Both the position numbers and the translations under genes were made by a program. A stretch of 64,000 nucleotides of DNA from Azolla caroliniana (lineage: Eukaryota > Plantae > Polypodiophyta), in assembly GCA_043228905.1 (NCBI GenBank), contig JBHGNT010000003.1, positions 17,608,001-17,672,000 on the forward strand. The letters run 5' to 3'. Within the stretch, counting starts at the first letter, position 1. Each line of letters opens with the position of its first letter. The notes under the pieces were generated by a model. That model searched no databases and was not told the DNA's origin. It saw only the letters and a list, made by a program, of their open reading frames with translations. Below are positions 37,440 to 50,216 of the stretch, one piece after another.

Positions 37440-39539
37440 GCAAGTAGATTTCTTTGTGATGCAGATCCTTATGCCAGAGTTTCTACGGAAGATTCACACT
37501 GCCTCATTGGTGAAAAAAAAGACTTAAGTTTTCCATTCATTTGGTTTCTAGAATTTCAACTAGAAATTTCTTGAAAGAGTTGTGAGACAATGTCCAAGAG
37601 CATGTGGCTCATATAATAATGGCTTTTCACATGATCTTCTCACATTTTACTTTTGTTCTGCTGAGCCAAACTTTAGAAATAAAATTTGGTGCATAATGTG
37701 TTGTGCTTGTAAATCTTCCGAGTACAAAAAACGATGAGATTTTGTAGTGAATTGTAGTCAAGTCTTATGACTTTGTTTTCCGCTTTTGGAATGTGCTTCA
37801 TTTGTGTATGAGAGATTTTATAACAAATTATATATAAACCTTTGGTGATAGTAGTTTTTTCGTCATATGTTATACAACAACGAAGGTCAGTACCTTATGA
37901 TGAACAATTAAACTATGGAATGTCTAGCGAGGAACAACTAAACCACACCATGTGTAGCAAAGAAAAACCAAACCTTGTCAGACTTGCAAGAGAAAAGTAA
38001 ACTGTGTGGAAATATCTTGCGAGGAAATAAAAACATGCAATGTCTTGTAAGAGGCCACTATACTATGCCTCAAATAGGTGGAGATTGTGAAACTACTATA
38101 CCTTTTCTTTGACTAAATCCTTTGATAAAAATCTAGCAGTATTGCAAATTCCTTTCCAAGGATCAATAGCCCCATTTTTTCATCATGAAACCATAGTGTG
38201 CAACCATTGTACTTATATATTGACACATAAAGTCAATATGCCTAAATTTTGTATGAGCTTACACAAAGACAATGTAAATGGTGTTATTGTGAAGCTCAAG
38301 TATGTGATATCCTCAAGAGAATGAGTTCTGTTTTCTTAGGTAAGAGCGTTCACTTGTTTATAATTTTCACCATTAACTATTCCAAACCGCTTACAATAAC
38401 ATCATCGGATAACAAAAAGATTAGCCAATCCATGAACATATGACATGTTCCGTACTTGAATATCATATGATTAAACCTGCTCCAAGCAAAAGTAAATTTG
38501 TCTTGATGTCACACAAAGGAGGTGTAATTTTCTTAGGATACTAAAACTCAAACATCATATGTTCATGTTGAGATTAAAGGCAAGTTATTTTTTCCAAAGA
38601 ACATATGTATTATTAGGTGAGATAGGAGTTGTTATTTTTTTCAGAGAACTTAACATACTTGAATAACTAGAACATTGACAAAACCCATGATCTTCAACAT
38701 GGAGCATAGAAGGGGTGCTACAATCAAACTTGGATAGAAGTTGATCATATAGACCTCGAATTAAAAATATGAAGAGCTTTGATATGAATGGTTAATGTGC
38801 ATGAACTCAAAAATAAGGATGCCGACATCTCATCAAACCCATTAATCAAGACATGAATCCCAAGACACAAGGATTACCATTAAATCATCATCATCATCAT
38901 ATATGTACGCATGTATGACATGTACGTATATAGTTTGTTGTTAGATGATGTTTGAAGGCAATAAATTTATATTATGCTTTAGCATTACAATGTCTTATAA
39001 AAGGGTCCATTTTGTAGAGAATAGAAAACACAAACACAACATGACACACGAGGGTTGCTTTGTTTGGTGCGAATCGACAATCGGCCAAAGAGTAGCAATA
39101 AGTAAGTCGGTGCAAGTGGACAATATTAATAAAAGGAACGGTGGTGGAGGTAGAGAGGAGAGCATTGTCCAGTGTGTTGGGCGGGGGGCCCAACCAGCCA
39201 AACCGATCTATCGCATCACACGCGAGTGACCACCAATCTGGTGGGTGCTGCTTTTAGGTACATATGTACTCTTACTACTACTACTACTACTACTACAACC
39301 TAATGACCACTGGCCGACTGATCGACCTACCGACTGATCGGGAGGATCACAACAAATGGAGGCAGGTATAGATAGATCATAGAATCATAGATAGATAGGG
39401 TATGTAATAATGTATGTATGTATGTATGTATAGATAAGATAGATAGCCTCCCACTAGGCACTAACTAAGTTTAGCAGGACTTTAGAAAGAAAACGATAAA
39501 GGAAAAGGAAAAGTAAAAAGAAGAAGAGGCCGAAGAAGG

Positions 39540-39671
39540 AGACCGTTCCCCTGCCTCCCCTGCGTCTCGCCGATTCCTCATCGTCTCTGTCTCTGTCTCT
39601 GTCTCTGTCTTTCGCCGCCGTTTCGTCCCGATCCGCCATCCGCTCTCGCTCTCCCTCCCAAATCTCGAAAG
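39540..39671 (+). other. Probable non-coding first exon of the ELM2 gene
   Basis: CT-rich, GC-rich leader ending in a strong donor AAG|GTAAGT at 39671/39672; a further UTR exon may start at 40901 after ttttcag. Confidence 0.55.
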
Positions 39672-40016
39672 GTAAGTAAGGCTTCCGGGATTCTCCCTCT
39701 CTGTCTGTCTGCTCTCCTTCCGTTTTTCCGAGTTGTCTGTCTTTTTTAGGGTTACTGTTTCCTGGTTTTTGCTTTTTGTGCCTGCTTTTTCGCTCTGCTA
39801 CTTTATGTTTTCTCTCCAGAGGAAAATTTCCCCGTTTCTCTCGATTTTTTCAATTTGAGTCAATGGACCTTTTGGTGGTTGATTAGTGCAAGGAACCCCA
39901 GAAACTAGGAGGCAAACGGAATTCAACAAACTCCTCTATCATAATGTCAATCTTCATGGCATAGTCAATAGATTTCCTTAAATATGCATCCATATGCATA
40001 TATACATGTGCGTGTG

Positions 40017-40018
<2 letters not shown>

Positions 40019-40059
<41 letters not shown>
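40019..40059. repeat. (TA)n microsatellite
   Basis: About 20 TA units. Confidence 0.95.
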
Positions 40060-40066
<7 letters not shown>

Positions 40067-41758
40067 CACTTTTGTTTTGTGTAATACTTATACTAGACAT
40101 ACTTATGTGCATGCATACCTGAAGACCTATATACATACAGACCCACATGCCTACGATGTCATTCAGCATGTGCTTGTATCAATTATATGCATCTATAAGA
40201 ACTCAAATACAGTGTAAGTTTTACAAAAGATACAAAGAATAATGGTATGGAATGATCATTAACGATGACGCTGAGGTTTGTTCTTAAGAGATGCATCACG
40301 AGATACTATGTTGCTGAGCTATCTCAAGAACTTTGTAGAGCAAGAGATAAGAAACATGTTCAATGACCCACATAAGCTCTCAGGGGGTACACTTTCAGGA
40401 AAGCATTTCGCTTCAGAAGTGAATGAATTGAAGGAAAATAAGATCCTTGTCCTATTTGGGCCTATGTAAACAAGTTTAATCTGAAAGACTAAAGTGCATC
40501 ATGGATGTTCTTCATTTCATATTAACAGAATTGCTCAAGTTCTAAAATATTGTAGACTTGAATGATCCTGATGATGGGGGCTCTAGGATACTATCATCCC
40601 ATGGGGCATTAACATGTCATGGTGTGAGTTTAGGTAGGTTTCATCTCAAGGCCTCTTTCCAGTGGTTATCCCTTCAGGATAAATCATCTAAATATTCTGT
40701 GCGACAACTCTGGACCATGAATCCTAATTATTCAAGAAGTAATTATAACCTCTTAATTCCAGTAATGTAAGATCTCCAGGATGTCCATCAAGAAGTGATG
40801 CACCATATGGTAGTCATAATAGAAGAGGGACATCATTCTCTAAGTTACCGTGTGATCCTATATTGTCATCAGTTCTTTTACCTCCTGTTGTCATTTTCAG
40901 ATCAGGCTTAGCCAGGATCCCTCTTGGTGCAATTACTTTGTTATGTTACCTTGGGTATTCAAGTACTAAGTGCAAACTATTGGTTTGGGTTCTCAGCTAG
41001 ACTTGCCAGAGAGTACAACAGGCAGGAGCCAGGAAGAAGAGAGGTGAAACTGACATTGATTTATGATTGTTGTGATGACAAGGAGTGGGACATGTAGAAT
41101 TGAATAAAGGAAACTTCTATACACTTACTTTCAAACAACAAAAATGAATTCAAGGAGTTGAATCTAAGTAAGCATTTCCTAGAAGAAAATATAAAAACAA
41201 TATTTGAAGGCAATTGGGGCATAAGTTGTAACAATGACTATGATGATTTTGCTGCCACTTGACAAGATTGGAGGTGTTTATCGTAAATCCTTTTGAAATG
41301 GAAACTCTTGTATTTTCTAGATAGAAATCGGAGCAATAAGAACGTATTTGGAAATGTACCTCCTCCATTGAGAACCCAAAACTGGAAACACATGAATATT
41401 TAAAACATGGGATTAGATAAAAGTTCTTATTTACAAGGATGCATTAATGGCTCCATTATGTTGCATTGTCCTGAAGTATCACTGGTGTGATATATGTAAT
41501 GAATGTAAAGCAATATTTGTTTAAGACCAGAAACACCAATACTTTTGGATATTTACCAGAATAGACATAATTTTGCAAAATATGCTCGAACACCCCATTT
41601 TGTTGAATAATTGTTGATATGAGTATTTTGGTAAAAGCCTAAAAATAAAAAGTTTGGGATATTGTGATGGTTTCTCCTCACTTGGTAGGCTGATGAATCA
41701 GATCTATATTTGCAGGAAACCAGTTTCTTGTACAGAATCAAACCTATTCTTCTTAGAA

Positions 41759-42904
41759 ATGGGAACTCAAGCTCTCTGGTGTATGCAGCATCTTCCAGAA
41801 TGCATTGTAACTAGATACAATGGAACTGATTCATTAAGTTATACAGTAACATCTGTTGAGGAGTTTGACTATGATGATAGAAGTCCTTCATCTGAGAGCC
41901 CCCACAAAACAGTTCCTATAGGACCTGACTTTCAAGCCGAGTTACCTAATCTGATTTCCCCTGATAGGAAAGACAGTAATGAGCTGGTTGATGAGCCGGA
42001 TGACCTTAGATGGATCTGTGAACGCGTCTGGCCACGGCAGGAGGATGATGATTTGATTATCTTTGAAGAAATGTCTAGAGATCGTTCTTCTTTATCTTGC
42101 TCATGTGCAACTGAAGGCACGATCGAATGTGTAAGACTACATATTGAAGAGAAGAGGAAGTATCTACAAAAGGAATTGGGTGATGCATTTTTTCTCTGGG
42201 GATTTGATAAGATGGGAGAGATTGTGGGTGAGCATTGGAATGATGAGGATCAGCACGCTTTCCACGACCTTGTTAGAAGGGACCCTATTTCTTTTTGGCA
42301 TAAGGTGTTTGATGTTTTTCCTTCGAAATCTATGGCAGACCTGGTGAGCTATTATTTCAACGTGTTTGTGCTGCAAAGGCGGGCCGTTCAAAATAGAACA
42401 GATCCTGAGAATATCGATAGTGATGATGATGAGATGATCCAAGAAAATGACGAGAGGAGCACTGATCACTCTGGGGAGTCTGATGAAGAGGATAAAGAAT
42501 CTCAAATAGAATCTCAGGTTGATGATGCGATCGATGAGGATGATGAAGAGGATGAATGTGTTAGTTGGGCTGTAAAAAATATTGCTAATAATGAAGAAGA
42601 GATTCTAGATAGCTCTTTATTTACAGTCAATGCAACTGGACCTGAGGAAATATTGCCAAAGTCATCTTTGAGGGATATTTGTATTCATGAACATTTGAAG
42701 CTGGGTGTGAACACATCTTCTCATGGAGGGTCAGGTCAGATGATCAAATCCTGGGAAATGTCATCTGGGGAGCAAACAAATCATGAGTGGATAAAAGAGC
42801 CGTGGAATTCTCCTACTACACAGGATGATGTTGACAAGCTCATTTCAACAAATGGATTGATTGAAGAAATTTTTGGTGCTGAAGTTTGGGAAGGTAGAAA
42901 ATAA
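41759..42904 (+). CDS. ELM2/SANT-like nuclear protein related to plant ARID1/ARID2, without the ARID domain
   Basis: Uninterrupted ORF after the acceptor ttgcag at 41715; VPIGPDFQAELP (ELM2), CSC..G.IECVRLHI, WGFDKMGE, LVSYYFNVFVL.RRA.QNR, NIDSDDDE, acidic tail; start codon inferred. Confidence 0.88.
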   Translation: MGTQALWCMQHLPECIVTRYNGTDSLSYTVTSVEEFDYDDRSPSSESPHKTVPIGPDFQAELPNLISPDRKDSNELVDEPDDLRWICERVWPRQEDDDLIIFEEMSRDRSSLSCSCATEGTIECVRLHIEEKRKYLQKELGDAFFLWGFDKMGEIVGEHWNDEDQHAFHDLVRRDPISFWHKVFDVFPSKSMADLVSYYFNVFVLQRRAVQNRTDPENIDSDDDEMIQENDERSTDHSGESDEEDKESQIESQVDDAIDEDDEEDECVSWAVKNIANNEEEILDSSLFTVNATGPEEILPKSSLRDICIHEHLKLGVNTSSHGGSGQMIKSWEMSSGEQTNHEWIKEPWNSPTTQDDVDKLISTNGLIEEIFGAEVWEGRK

Positions 42905-43093
42905 TTCCATTGAAAAGCTCAGCATTTCAACAAAATGCTAATGCTAATACCCCATGACACACATAAGCATGTGTGTACTACAGATCTGTATGAAAGTTTA
43001 TTGATGATTTTTCTTTCTGGAATGAGATACCGTGGACTAATGGTACGTTGGTGAATGCATGTACTAGCTCAATACATGGTATATCCCTTAATT

Positions 43094-43602
43094 CAGGAAT
43101 CGACAATTGTAAAGAAACTTGCTCATTTATGTAGAATACATTCAAATTTCATTTGATGTGTGTAAATTGTAATAAATTGGAAGATAAAATCTCATTGATG
43201 GAGATGTGCGCGTCTGATGAGTTGAAAGTAAGATTACCCAAGATAGGTTTACTAAGAACTATCAACATGGTTTTAGCAAGTCATGCTGGTAGTAATTACA
43301 AGATTTTTTGTAAAAGGCAGTTGTAGTGGGTGAGTAGCTTGCTTGATGCCTACCTGTATTTATGCAGAATACAAGAATCAACAATTGTAAAGAAGCTTGC
43401 TCATTTATGTGGAATACATTCTAATTTCATTCAATGTGTAATAAATTGGAGGATCTCATTGTGTGTCGGATGAGTGAAAGTAAGGCTACCCAAGGTAGGT
43501 TTACCAAGAACTATCTACATGGTTCTAAGCAAGTCATGCTGGGGTAGTTATTACAAAAATTGCTCTAAAAGGCAGTTGTGAGTGATTAGCTTGCTTGATG
43601 CC
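43094..43602. repeat. Diverged tandem duplication of about 280 bp downstream of the ELM2 gene
   Basis: caggaatcgacaattgtaaagaaacttgctc..gcttgcttgatgccta recurs at 43372-43602. Confidence 0.9.
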
Positions 43603-44150
43603 TATACTTGGCAATACAAGAGGTTATGCTATCTTGCTTTTTGTCCCCAATGGATGCATGTTGTATCGTCTTTTTATCCAATTCCCTTCTAGGTGGCTAT
43701 GTTAGTAGGGAGTCTCCATTGTTTTTGATCGAACAATTTCTTGTCTAGTGCCAAGAAGGATGAGTTTTCATTGTTGTATGTGAAGAGTGATAGTGTCCAT
43801 ATGTTAAAACCAAGCAAGTATTAATGTAAAACCTTTCCTTGTACAAGAGAAAACCCTTGGTTGGAATTTTCGATATTTCATAAGGCTCGCGGTGGTTAAA
43901 GACGTACTTCATTTTATTAGCAACACATTTTTTCCAATATTACACTAAAGATTACTAATTATTTGGAAACATGGCCATTCAATATTGGACACATTTGATG
44001 CAAAAATATGATTGTTAAATGCTTTGGTTAATTTTTACATCATTCATTTTTTTCCATAGGCGTTATAGTATCTATGTAAAAAAAGGTATTATTTATTTAT
44101 TTTTTATAATAGATTTTCTTCAATAGTATTAAGAACAAAACGCCCGAAGG

Positions 44151-47100
44151 CTACAACTTGAACCTAGCTACCAAGGAGGTTACAACTTTTCCTATACAAC
44201 TTGAGTACTGAAAGAAGGGGACCTTTACGATATTTTCCCCCAAGGAGTATGACCAAAGCCAACCCCCCAGATCCCATGTTAAGCTTGCAACATGATCTTT
44301 TGTGTATAACCACATGATATCACACGTATGAGCAATTGATGGATAAGGATCAAGGATCCATTTCTTTCCAATTTTAGCAACCACTCTAACTGGTGCACTT
44401 CGCAAGTCCTGTAGATAACTGCAATCAAAGGTATAAGATTGCAATCTATTGTTGTCTAGGACCTCAAAATAAGAAATGCACCCATTAGGTGAAACACCAT
44501 TAATAGCCATCAATGTATCATTTGTGAAGCATCCAAACCATAGATGTTCCTGCCTAGGTTGGAAAGTTGTAAAAAACGAAGAATATGTTCCTGATAAGGT
44601 GGCCGTCATTATGTTGGCACCATGAACTGATTGTGGATGTGCAAGTCGATCTTCTTGCGACATTTGTTGAAAATGAGTCCAAGTTCTTATAGATGTAGCT
44701 GGCCCATTATCCAATTTACCCCAAGCAAGGTGAGTACGTAGGCCCAATACTTTTCCTGCATTATCCCGAAATAGAGAATTGGCAAGCATAGGCTGATTAA
44801 GTATGCATCCCAAGTAGAAGGTTTGTCCTGTAGCAAAAATGATTTAATCGCATCCCACGCTCTTATGATTCCTAGAAAAAATCTATTGGATGCAAGATTC
44901 CTCCTTGGCATTTTCATGTCATTCAAGAACAACCACTTTAGAGAGGGTGACCATGCTCCTCCTGTCTGAGGAGTTAACTGCATTAACTGATTTAAAAACA
45001 TTCCTTTCCAAGCTTCTGATCCTGGCAACAAACCTCTGATAACAAACTTAGTCAAGAGAGCTCTTGACTGCATCAAAGGATCTATCAAACCCAACCCTGC
45101 ATTGATTTTAGGCTAAATCAACACATTCTAAGCAACTTTGGCTACTGTAGGAGACCCATGTTCCCCCCTTCCCCCAAAGGAAATTACGGATCAAGCTTTG
45201 CACTTTTGTTATTGCTGATCTAGAAAATAGCCACACAAATGCTATAAACCACATTGATACCAATTGTACTGTGTTTGCTACTACAACCCGACCCGCAAAA
45301 GACAATTTTTGGCATCCCAATATAGTAATTTACGTTTTATTGATAATAGTAACGGAGATAGCATTGCTTTTAGCCTTAAATCCATTCCAACCATACATCC
45401 CAAATATTGAACTGGCTCACCATGATCAAGCCATCAGAAAGCAGGATCTGGATACCACACAGGGTGAGTTTCTACACCCACCCAAAGGCCAACTGACTTA
45501 TTCCAGTTAAGTGATGCAAGTGTAGCATATGAGAAAACCTGCAAAGCATTTTGTACCCAACCGAGATTACCAATCTCCTCGTTAACATAGAGGGTTGTAT
45601 CATATGCAAACTCAACATCCACTATAGTGGATTGTGTAATAGGTAATACTATGCCTTTAATACCAACAGTTGACGATCTTAGGTAGGAGGACAAGGCTTC
45701 CCCAAACAAGATAAAAAGAAATGGGGCAAGAGGGCCTCCTTACCTAATAGACCTGGAGATAGGAAATAACGTCCCGTATTCTCTAGCAAACAAAACTAAA
45801 CTAGAAGCACGTCTATAAAGGGATGAAACACCTTTTATCCATGCGGTAGGAAAACCCAATCTTGATAGCACTACCTCAAGAAAGTCCCAATCCACTTTAT
45901 CATATGCCTTTTTAAAGTCAAGCAATAATATTACAAGTTGCTGTTTATGTTGTTGAGGTAATGCAACCATTTCCCAGAACAAAAAGATATTATCAAAAAT
46001 AATTCTATCTTGCAGAAAACCAAATTGTGTGTCATGAATAATTGACAACAATATAGGTTGTAGTCTAACTACCATAGTTTTTGCCACAATCTTATACACA
46101 ACATTAAGCAATGTTATTGGCCACCACTTGGAGACTTCATCACATTGAGCATCCGATTTAGGAATCATATATATGATTCTTTCTATCCATTCTGCCGGCA
46201 TATTACCCGTTGAAAATATTAAATTAACTGCTCTAGTAAGGAGAGGACCAAGAAAATCCCAATAATGCAAATAGAAGCCAATTCCTATTCTATCTTTTCT
46301 CGGACAAACATCCTTACTTAAGGGTTTAGTCGCAGCAAAGACCTCTTGAGATGTAAATGGTTGTAATAACTGAGAGGCCATTACATCTGTAACCTTCTGT
46401 TCAATAGAAGCCAATTCCTATTCTATCTTTTCCCGGACAAACATCCTTACTTAAGGGTTTAGCTGTAGCAAAGACCTCTTGAGATGTAAATGGTTATAAT
46501 AACTGAGAGGCCATTACATTTGTAACCTTCTGTTCAATAGTTGCAAGAACAACTTGTTTCTTGTTAAAATTGTCTGTTGTAAAAGATTCAGCAGACAATA
46601 AGTTATGATAATAATCTGAGACTATACTTCACATCTCAGAGACATCTGACGTATAGGATCCATCAAGCCACTTCAAAGAAGTAATAGAAGGAGGTCTAGT
46701 TTTCTGTTTAAACTGATGGAAGAATTCCTATTGACCCGATCTTGCCTTTGCGACCAACGAGCAACATTGCGATAGTAAAAGAACATTGAGTGTGCTTCCT
46801 ATTTTTCCTTTAGACTGCTTTTTATTTGTTGCAAATCACAACATAATATAGATGAAGATGGATACCTTTCCAACAATTGTTGTAATGTTGCAAGAGCACG
46901 ACGCAAGTTAGCAATCTCTGAATTGTAGTGATAAACAGATGTTGAAACTATTTTTGTGAATAGAATCTTTGTATCGAGTATGGCATGAGCCATATTGCTA
47001 AGCAAATAGTCATCTGAGAAATTGTAATTTGACCATATTCGAGTGATTGACATCCGATGATTATCATCAGATAACAATGTAGGAGGGATACACAATTGCC

Positions 47101-47814
47101 TCGAGTATCGCCTCTTAGTAAATGTAACATGTAACTTCAGAGGGTCGTGATAAGAGATAGCTGATCCCGGAATAATTCCTAGTCGAGACAAATTTGTAGC
47201 AACCAAACTTCCATCTGATCTAGAAAACTGAAGGGATCCTTGTATACGTGAAAATGAGTGCACCTTCCATAAATCTAACAAACCATAGGTAAAACAAAAG
47301 TAGTCCCAACACTTAGTTTCCCATCTTGAAATTGTAGTAGTTATACCTCCCATTCTATCAGCAACATCCTCGATCATATTAAAGTCGCCTTCCCAATCTA
47401 CTAAACTCGCATAATCAGAAAGAGATAGCCATAACTTTGCCCTTTCTACCGCAGAATTAGGGGCATAGAGATTCATAAGGCCAACCTTTTGGGATCTTAT
47501 TTTTACAATAAGGAATTGTGCCCGTTTATTCATAATAGTAGCAGCTGACACAATGACACAATGATACACAATAGTAGCAGTTGACATAATAGTGGGGCCA
47601 AAGGCAGGAATCCAAAAATGAGTTCACCGTCCTGGTAAAATAGATCCAAACTTCCGAATCCTATCCATGCATAAGTGATGCTCTTGTAAAAAAAGAATAT
47701 CAATAGTGCCTACATTTGCAGTGCCTAAATCCGCGCGTAAGAGTCCTTTAAATCTGCGAAAAGCCTGACCACCAAGCTTTGCACATTCCAGGAAAGAAGA
47801 TGTAAGGTGTCCAT
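44151..47814 (-). pseudogene. LINE ORF2 (endonuclease-RT), disrupted
   Basis: Multiple stops and frameshifts, plus a 133-bp tandem duplication at ~46271-46540. Confidence 0.88.
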
Positions 47815-47815
47815 C

Positions 47816-49324
47816 TTACATAGATTTTATTGGTGTCCTTTTCTCAAGGAGACCATCCTGACGGCCTTTCTGGGCACCCTCTTGAGCTCTTGCTTGTCTT
47901 TTTAAAAGTAGATAGTTCCCTGCATACTTATGCACCCTATGATCCTTAACTTGCTTTTGAGGGTTTTGAGGTGTCAGGGTATCTTGTGAAATTGTGAATT
48001 GAAATCCAACACAAGGGAGTTTATCCACTCCTTGAGCCATTTCAACACCCATAATATTTGATTGACTAGAAATAGGTTTTCCTACGAGCTTATCAAAGGG
48101 AAGCGAATTAACAGAGACATCGATTTGTTGGTTTGCTTCTATTCCCATAACACTTGGAGGCATTTCCACATCAGTAATATCTTGAGCAGAAACAACTTTT
48201 CCTTTAAATTTTTCAGAAGAAGCCAAATTAACAACTGGTGTCAATTGTTGATTCTCAACAATTTTCAAGGGTGGTTGGCATACTACTAACCTCGGAAAAG
48301 ATTTAGGCAACCGAGTGGAAAGTAAGTTTGTCTTTTGTGAGGAAAAACCTAAATTAAATCTCTGTTGGGAAAGATGGGTTGATGGCTGATCCAAAGTATT
48401 CACTTCATGTGACCGATCCTCTTCTACATGGAGAGTAGAATACCTATTTTGTAAGGGGGGGAATTCCTTTAAATTATTAATTGACACCTGATGAGGCTTG
48501 TCATAAGATACTTGTGAAGATGTTTTCCTATGCCCGACCTTCGTCCAACCCTCAGATCTAGCCTGATATGGGACTATATTTGTATTGGGTACATGCTTGT
48601 TTGTGTCTTTATTAAATTTAGGGCAATTTTTTGCCAAATGACCAAATCCAAAACACCGAAAACATTGATTTGGCAAACCCTTATACAATATTTTCTGAGA
48701 ATAAGATTCCCGTCTTGAGTCAAGTAAATTGGGCAACAAGATATTTGAGGGCAAAACTATAGACTTAGAAATCAAAAGTTTTGTTGATGTAGCTCCCATA
48801 TACCTATCCGTTTCCAAGAATTTACCAATAGTACTGGCAATTAGATGCACAAAAGGCACCCACTCTTTACGTAAATTGGGAAACACTGCCACAGATCTAT
48901 GATATGAATCTAAATCATGAAGTACCTGATTTGTGGAGAAGTTGTGAATCCATTTGTGGAAGAAAACCCATCCACCCTTGACTGCCACTGTTTTCTTCTC
49001 TAGTAAGATCGGTACCATTCGTTCAAGCTCGAACTCCACTTGATAATAGTTCCGACCAAGTATTTGGATATCCATGATGTTTTCAACATCTTGTTTCAAA
49101 GAGGCTTGCAATAGCACTCGAAGATCAGCACGCCGAGGACGAATACCCAAAACTTGCACAATGATAGTCCTCTTCTCTAGACGCTGAATCTCTCTTACAA
49201 TCTGTGCTGTATCTTGTTTTGACAACATAACCTCTACTACGCTGTCCGAAATAGGTGTGATATCTAAGTTAGCTACACGGGAGCCCCGGTTAGACTGTTC
49301 GTGACGGCGCAACAATTGCTCCAT
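47816..49324 (-). CDS. LINE ORF1 (DUF4283-like region plus zinc knuckle), open for 502 aa
   Basis: CFRCFGFGHLAKNC zinc knuckle; lies immediately upstream of the ORF2 ATG. Confidence 0.85.
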   Translation of the reverse strand: MEQLLRRHEQSNRGSRVANLDITPISDSVVEVMLSKQDTAQIVREIQRLEKRTIIVQVLGIRPRRADLRVLLQASLKQDVENIMDIQILGRNYYQVEFELERMVPILLEKKTVAVKGGWVFFHKWIHNFSTNQVLHDLDSYHRSVAVFPNLRKEWVPFVHLIASTIGKFLETDRYMGATSTKLLISKSIVLPSNILLPNLLDSRRESYSQKILYKGLPNQCFRCFGFGHLAKNCPKFNKDTNKHVPNTNIVPYQARSEGWTKVGHRKTSSQVSYDKPHQVSINNLKEFPPLQNRYSTLHVEEDRSHEVNTLDQPSTHLSQQRFNLGFSSQKTNLLSTRLPKSFPRLVVCQPPLKIVENQQLTPVVNLASSEKFKGKVVSAQDITDVEMPPSVMGIEANQQIDVSVNSLPFDKLVGKPISSQSNIMGVEMAQGVDKLPCVGFQFTISQDTLTPQNPQKQVKDHRVHKYAGNYLLLKRQARAQEGAQKGRQDGLLEKRTPIKSM

Positions 49325-49504
49325 GTTCGCCGTTGCATTGAAGAAGATCGGAGTTATGGAGGAGGTTGAAAGGCTAACGGTGGCAACTGGATTGGCTGTA
49401 GTAGGTAAGTTGAAGGGGACAAACGGTTTTTCTGCATCTATTGTGGGATAAACGGAAATCCCTACACATCCCTCTAGATGATTTGAACAACCATCGGCTA
49501 CAGT

Positions 49505-49951
49505 AGGGGGAGCTTGTTATAACTTATCACATTGTAGTTTTACAATAGTTTTCTACACACGAGGATAAGAGTGTGAGGGTTAATTGAAAATAGGGGTTGG
49601 GATAGACCTTAAGGGCCAAGGGTGAACTTGCCCAGGGCCCTTGGGTTTGGCTATAAATATGGGGCTATCTTGTATATTGTCCTCACCTTGAACATTGGGG
49701 CTTGAGCACCTGTACTTCGACCCAAGCATCATGCTCGAATACTACATCGACACTCAACTTGAGCATTGAGCTTGAAGGCTTCATTTGAGCTGAGCATTGA
49801 GCTCAAAGGGTCCATTTGAATCAGCATTGCATATCTAATCGTGCATTGAGCTTGAAGATTGTACTCAACTCGAGTATTCTTTTATCCTCAAGCATTGCCT
49901 GCAAGGATTGAGAAAAAGGTACTAGATACATTTTCAGGTTTGGCGTCAACA
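49505..49951 (+). mobile_element. PPT plus 3' LTR (49515-49951) of an LTR retrotransposon
   Basis: agggggagct then TGTT; TATA ctataaata at 49651; internal cattgagcttgaag repeats; ends tggcgtcaaca. Confidence 0.75.
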
Positions 49952-50132
49952 TCATAATTGATGACCATGTACCTAAGTAAGTTCAATGGATCAAAGTTTA
50001 ACATTTAGAAGGATTAGATGCAAGGTTAAGTTGTCGTGAAAGGGTCAATCAATCGGATTGAAAACAAATCTACCGAATGGTCTAAATTTGGTAGGATAGC
50101 TAGGGAGACCATTCACATGCATCTCTCCTAAT

Positions 50133-50216
50133 CAATGTACTTCACAATACACTTGTATACAACAACCTACCAATTGTGGTAGGTTGTTGTATACAAGTGT
50201 ATTGTGAAGTACATTG
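50133..50216. repeat. Perfect 40-bp-arm inverted repeat with a 4-nt loop
   Basis: caatgtacttcacaatacacttgtatacaacaacctacca-attg-reverse complement. Confidence 0.95.

Larger units (their letters stand above)
43810..49480 (-). mobile_element. L1-type non-LTR retrotransposon (LINE)
   Basis: ORF1 with CCHC knuckle; ORF2 remnants: SWNVQSL, NLYAPN, GDFN, SRL (APE endonuclease), WPITLLNVVYKIVAK, LDFKKAYDKVDW, FAYDT (RT); ends approximate. Confidence 0.92.

Noticed and set aside
37870-38110. Degenerate repeat of about 31 bp downstream of BAS1
   Set aside because: Too diverged to define a unit or assign a function
41654-41758. Longer N-terminus given by the ORF track
   Set aside because: Starts at TTG and crosses a likely intron acceptor (ttgcag, 41715); the ATG at 41759 is preferred
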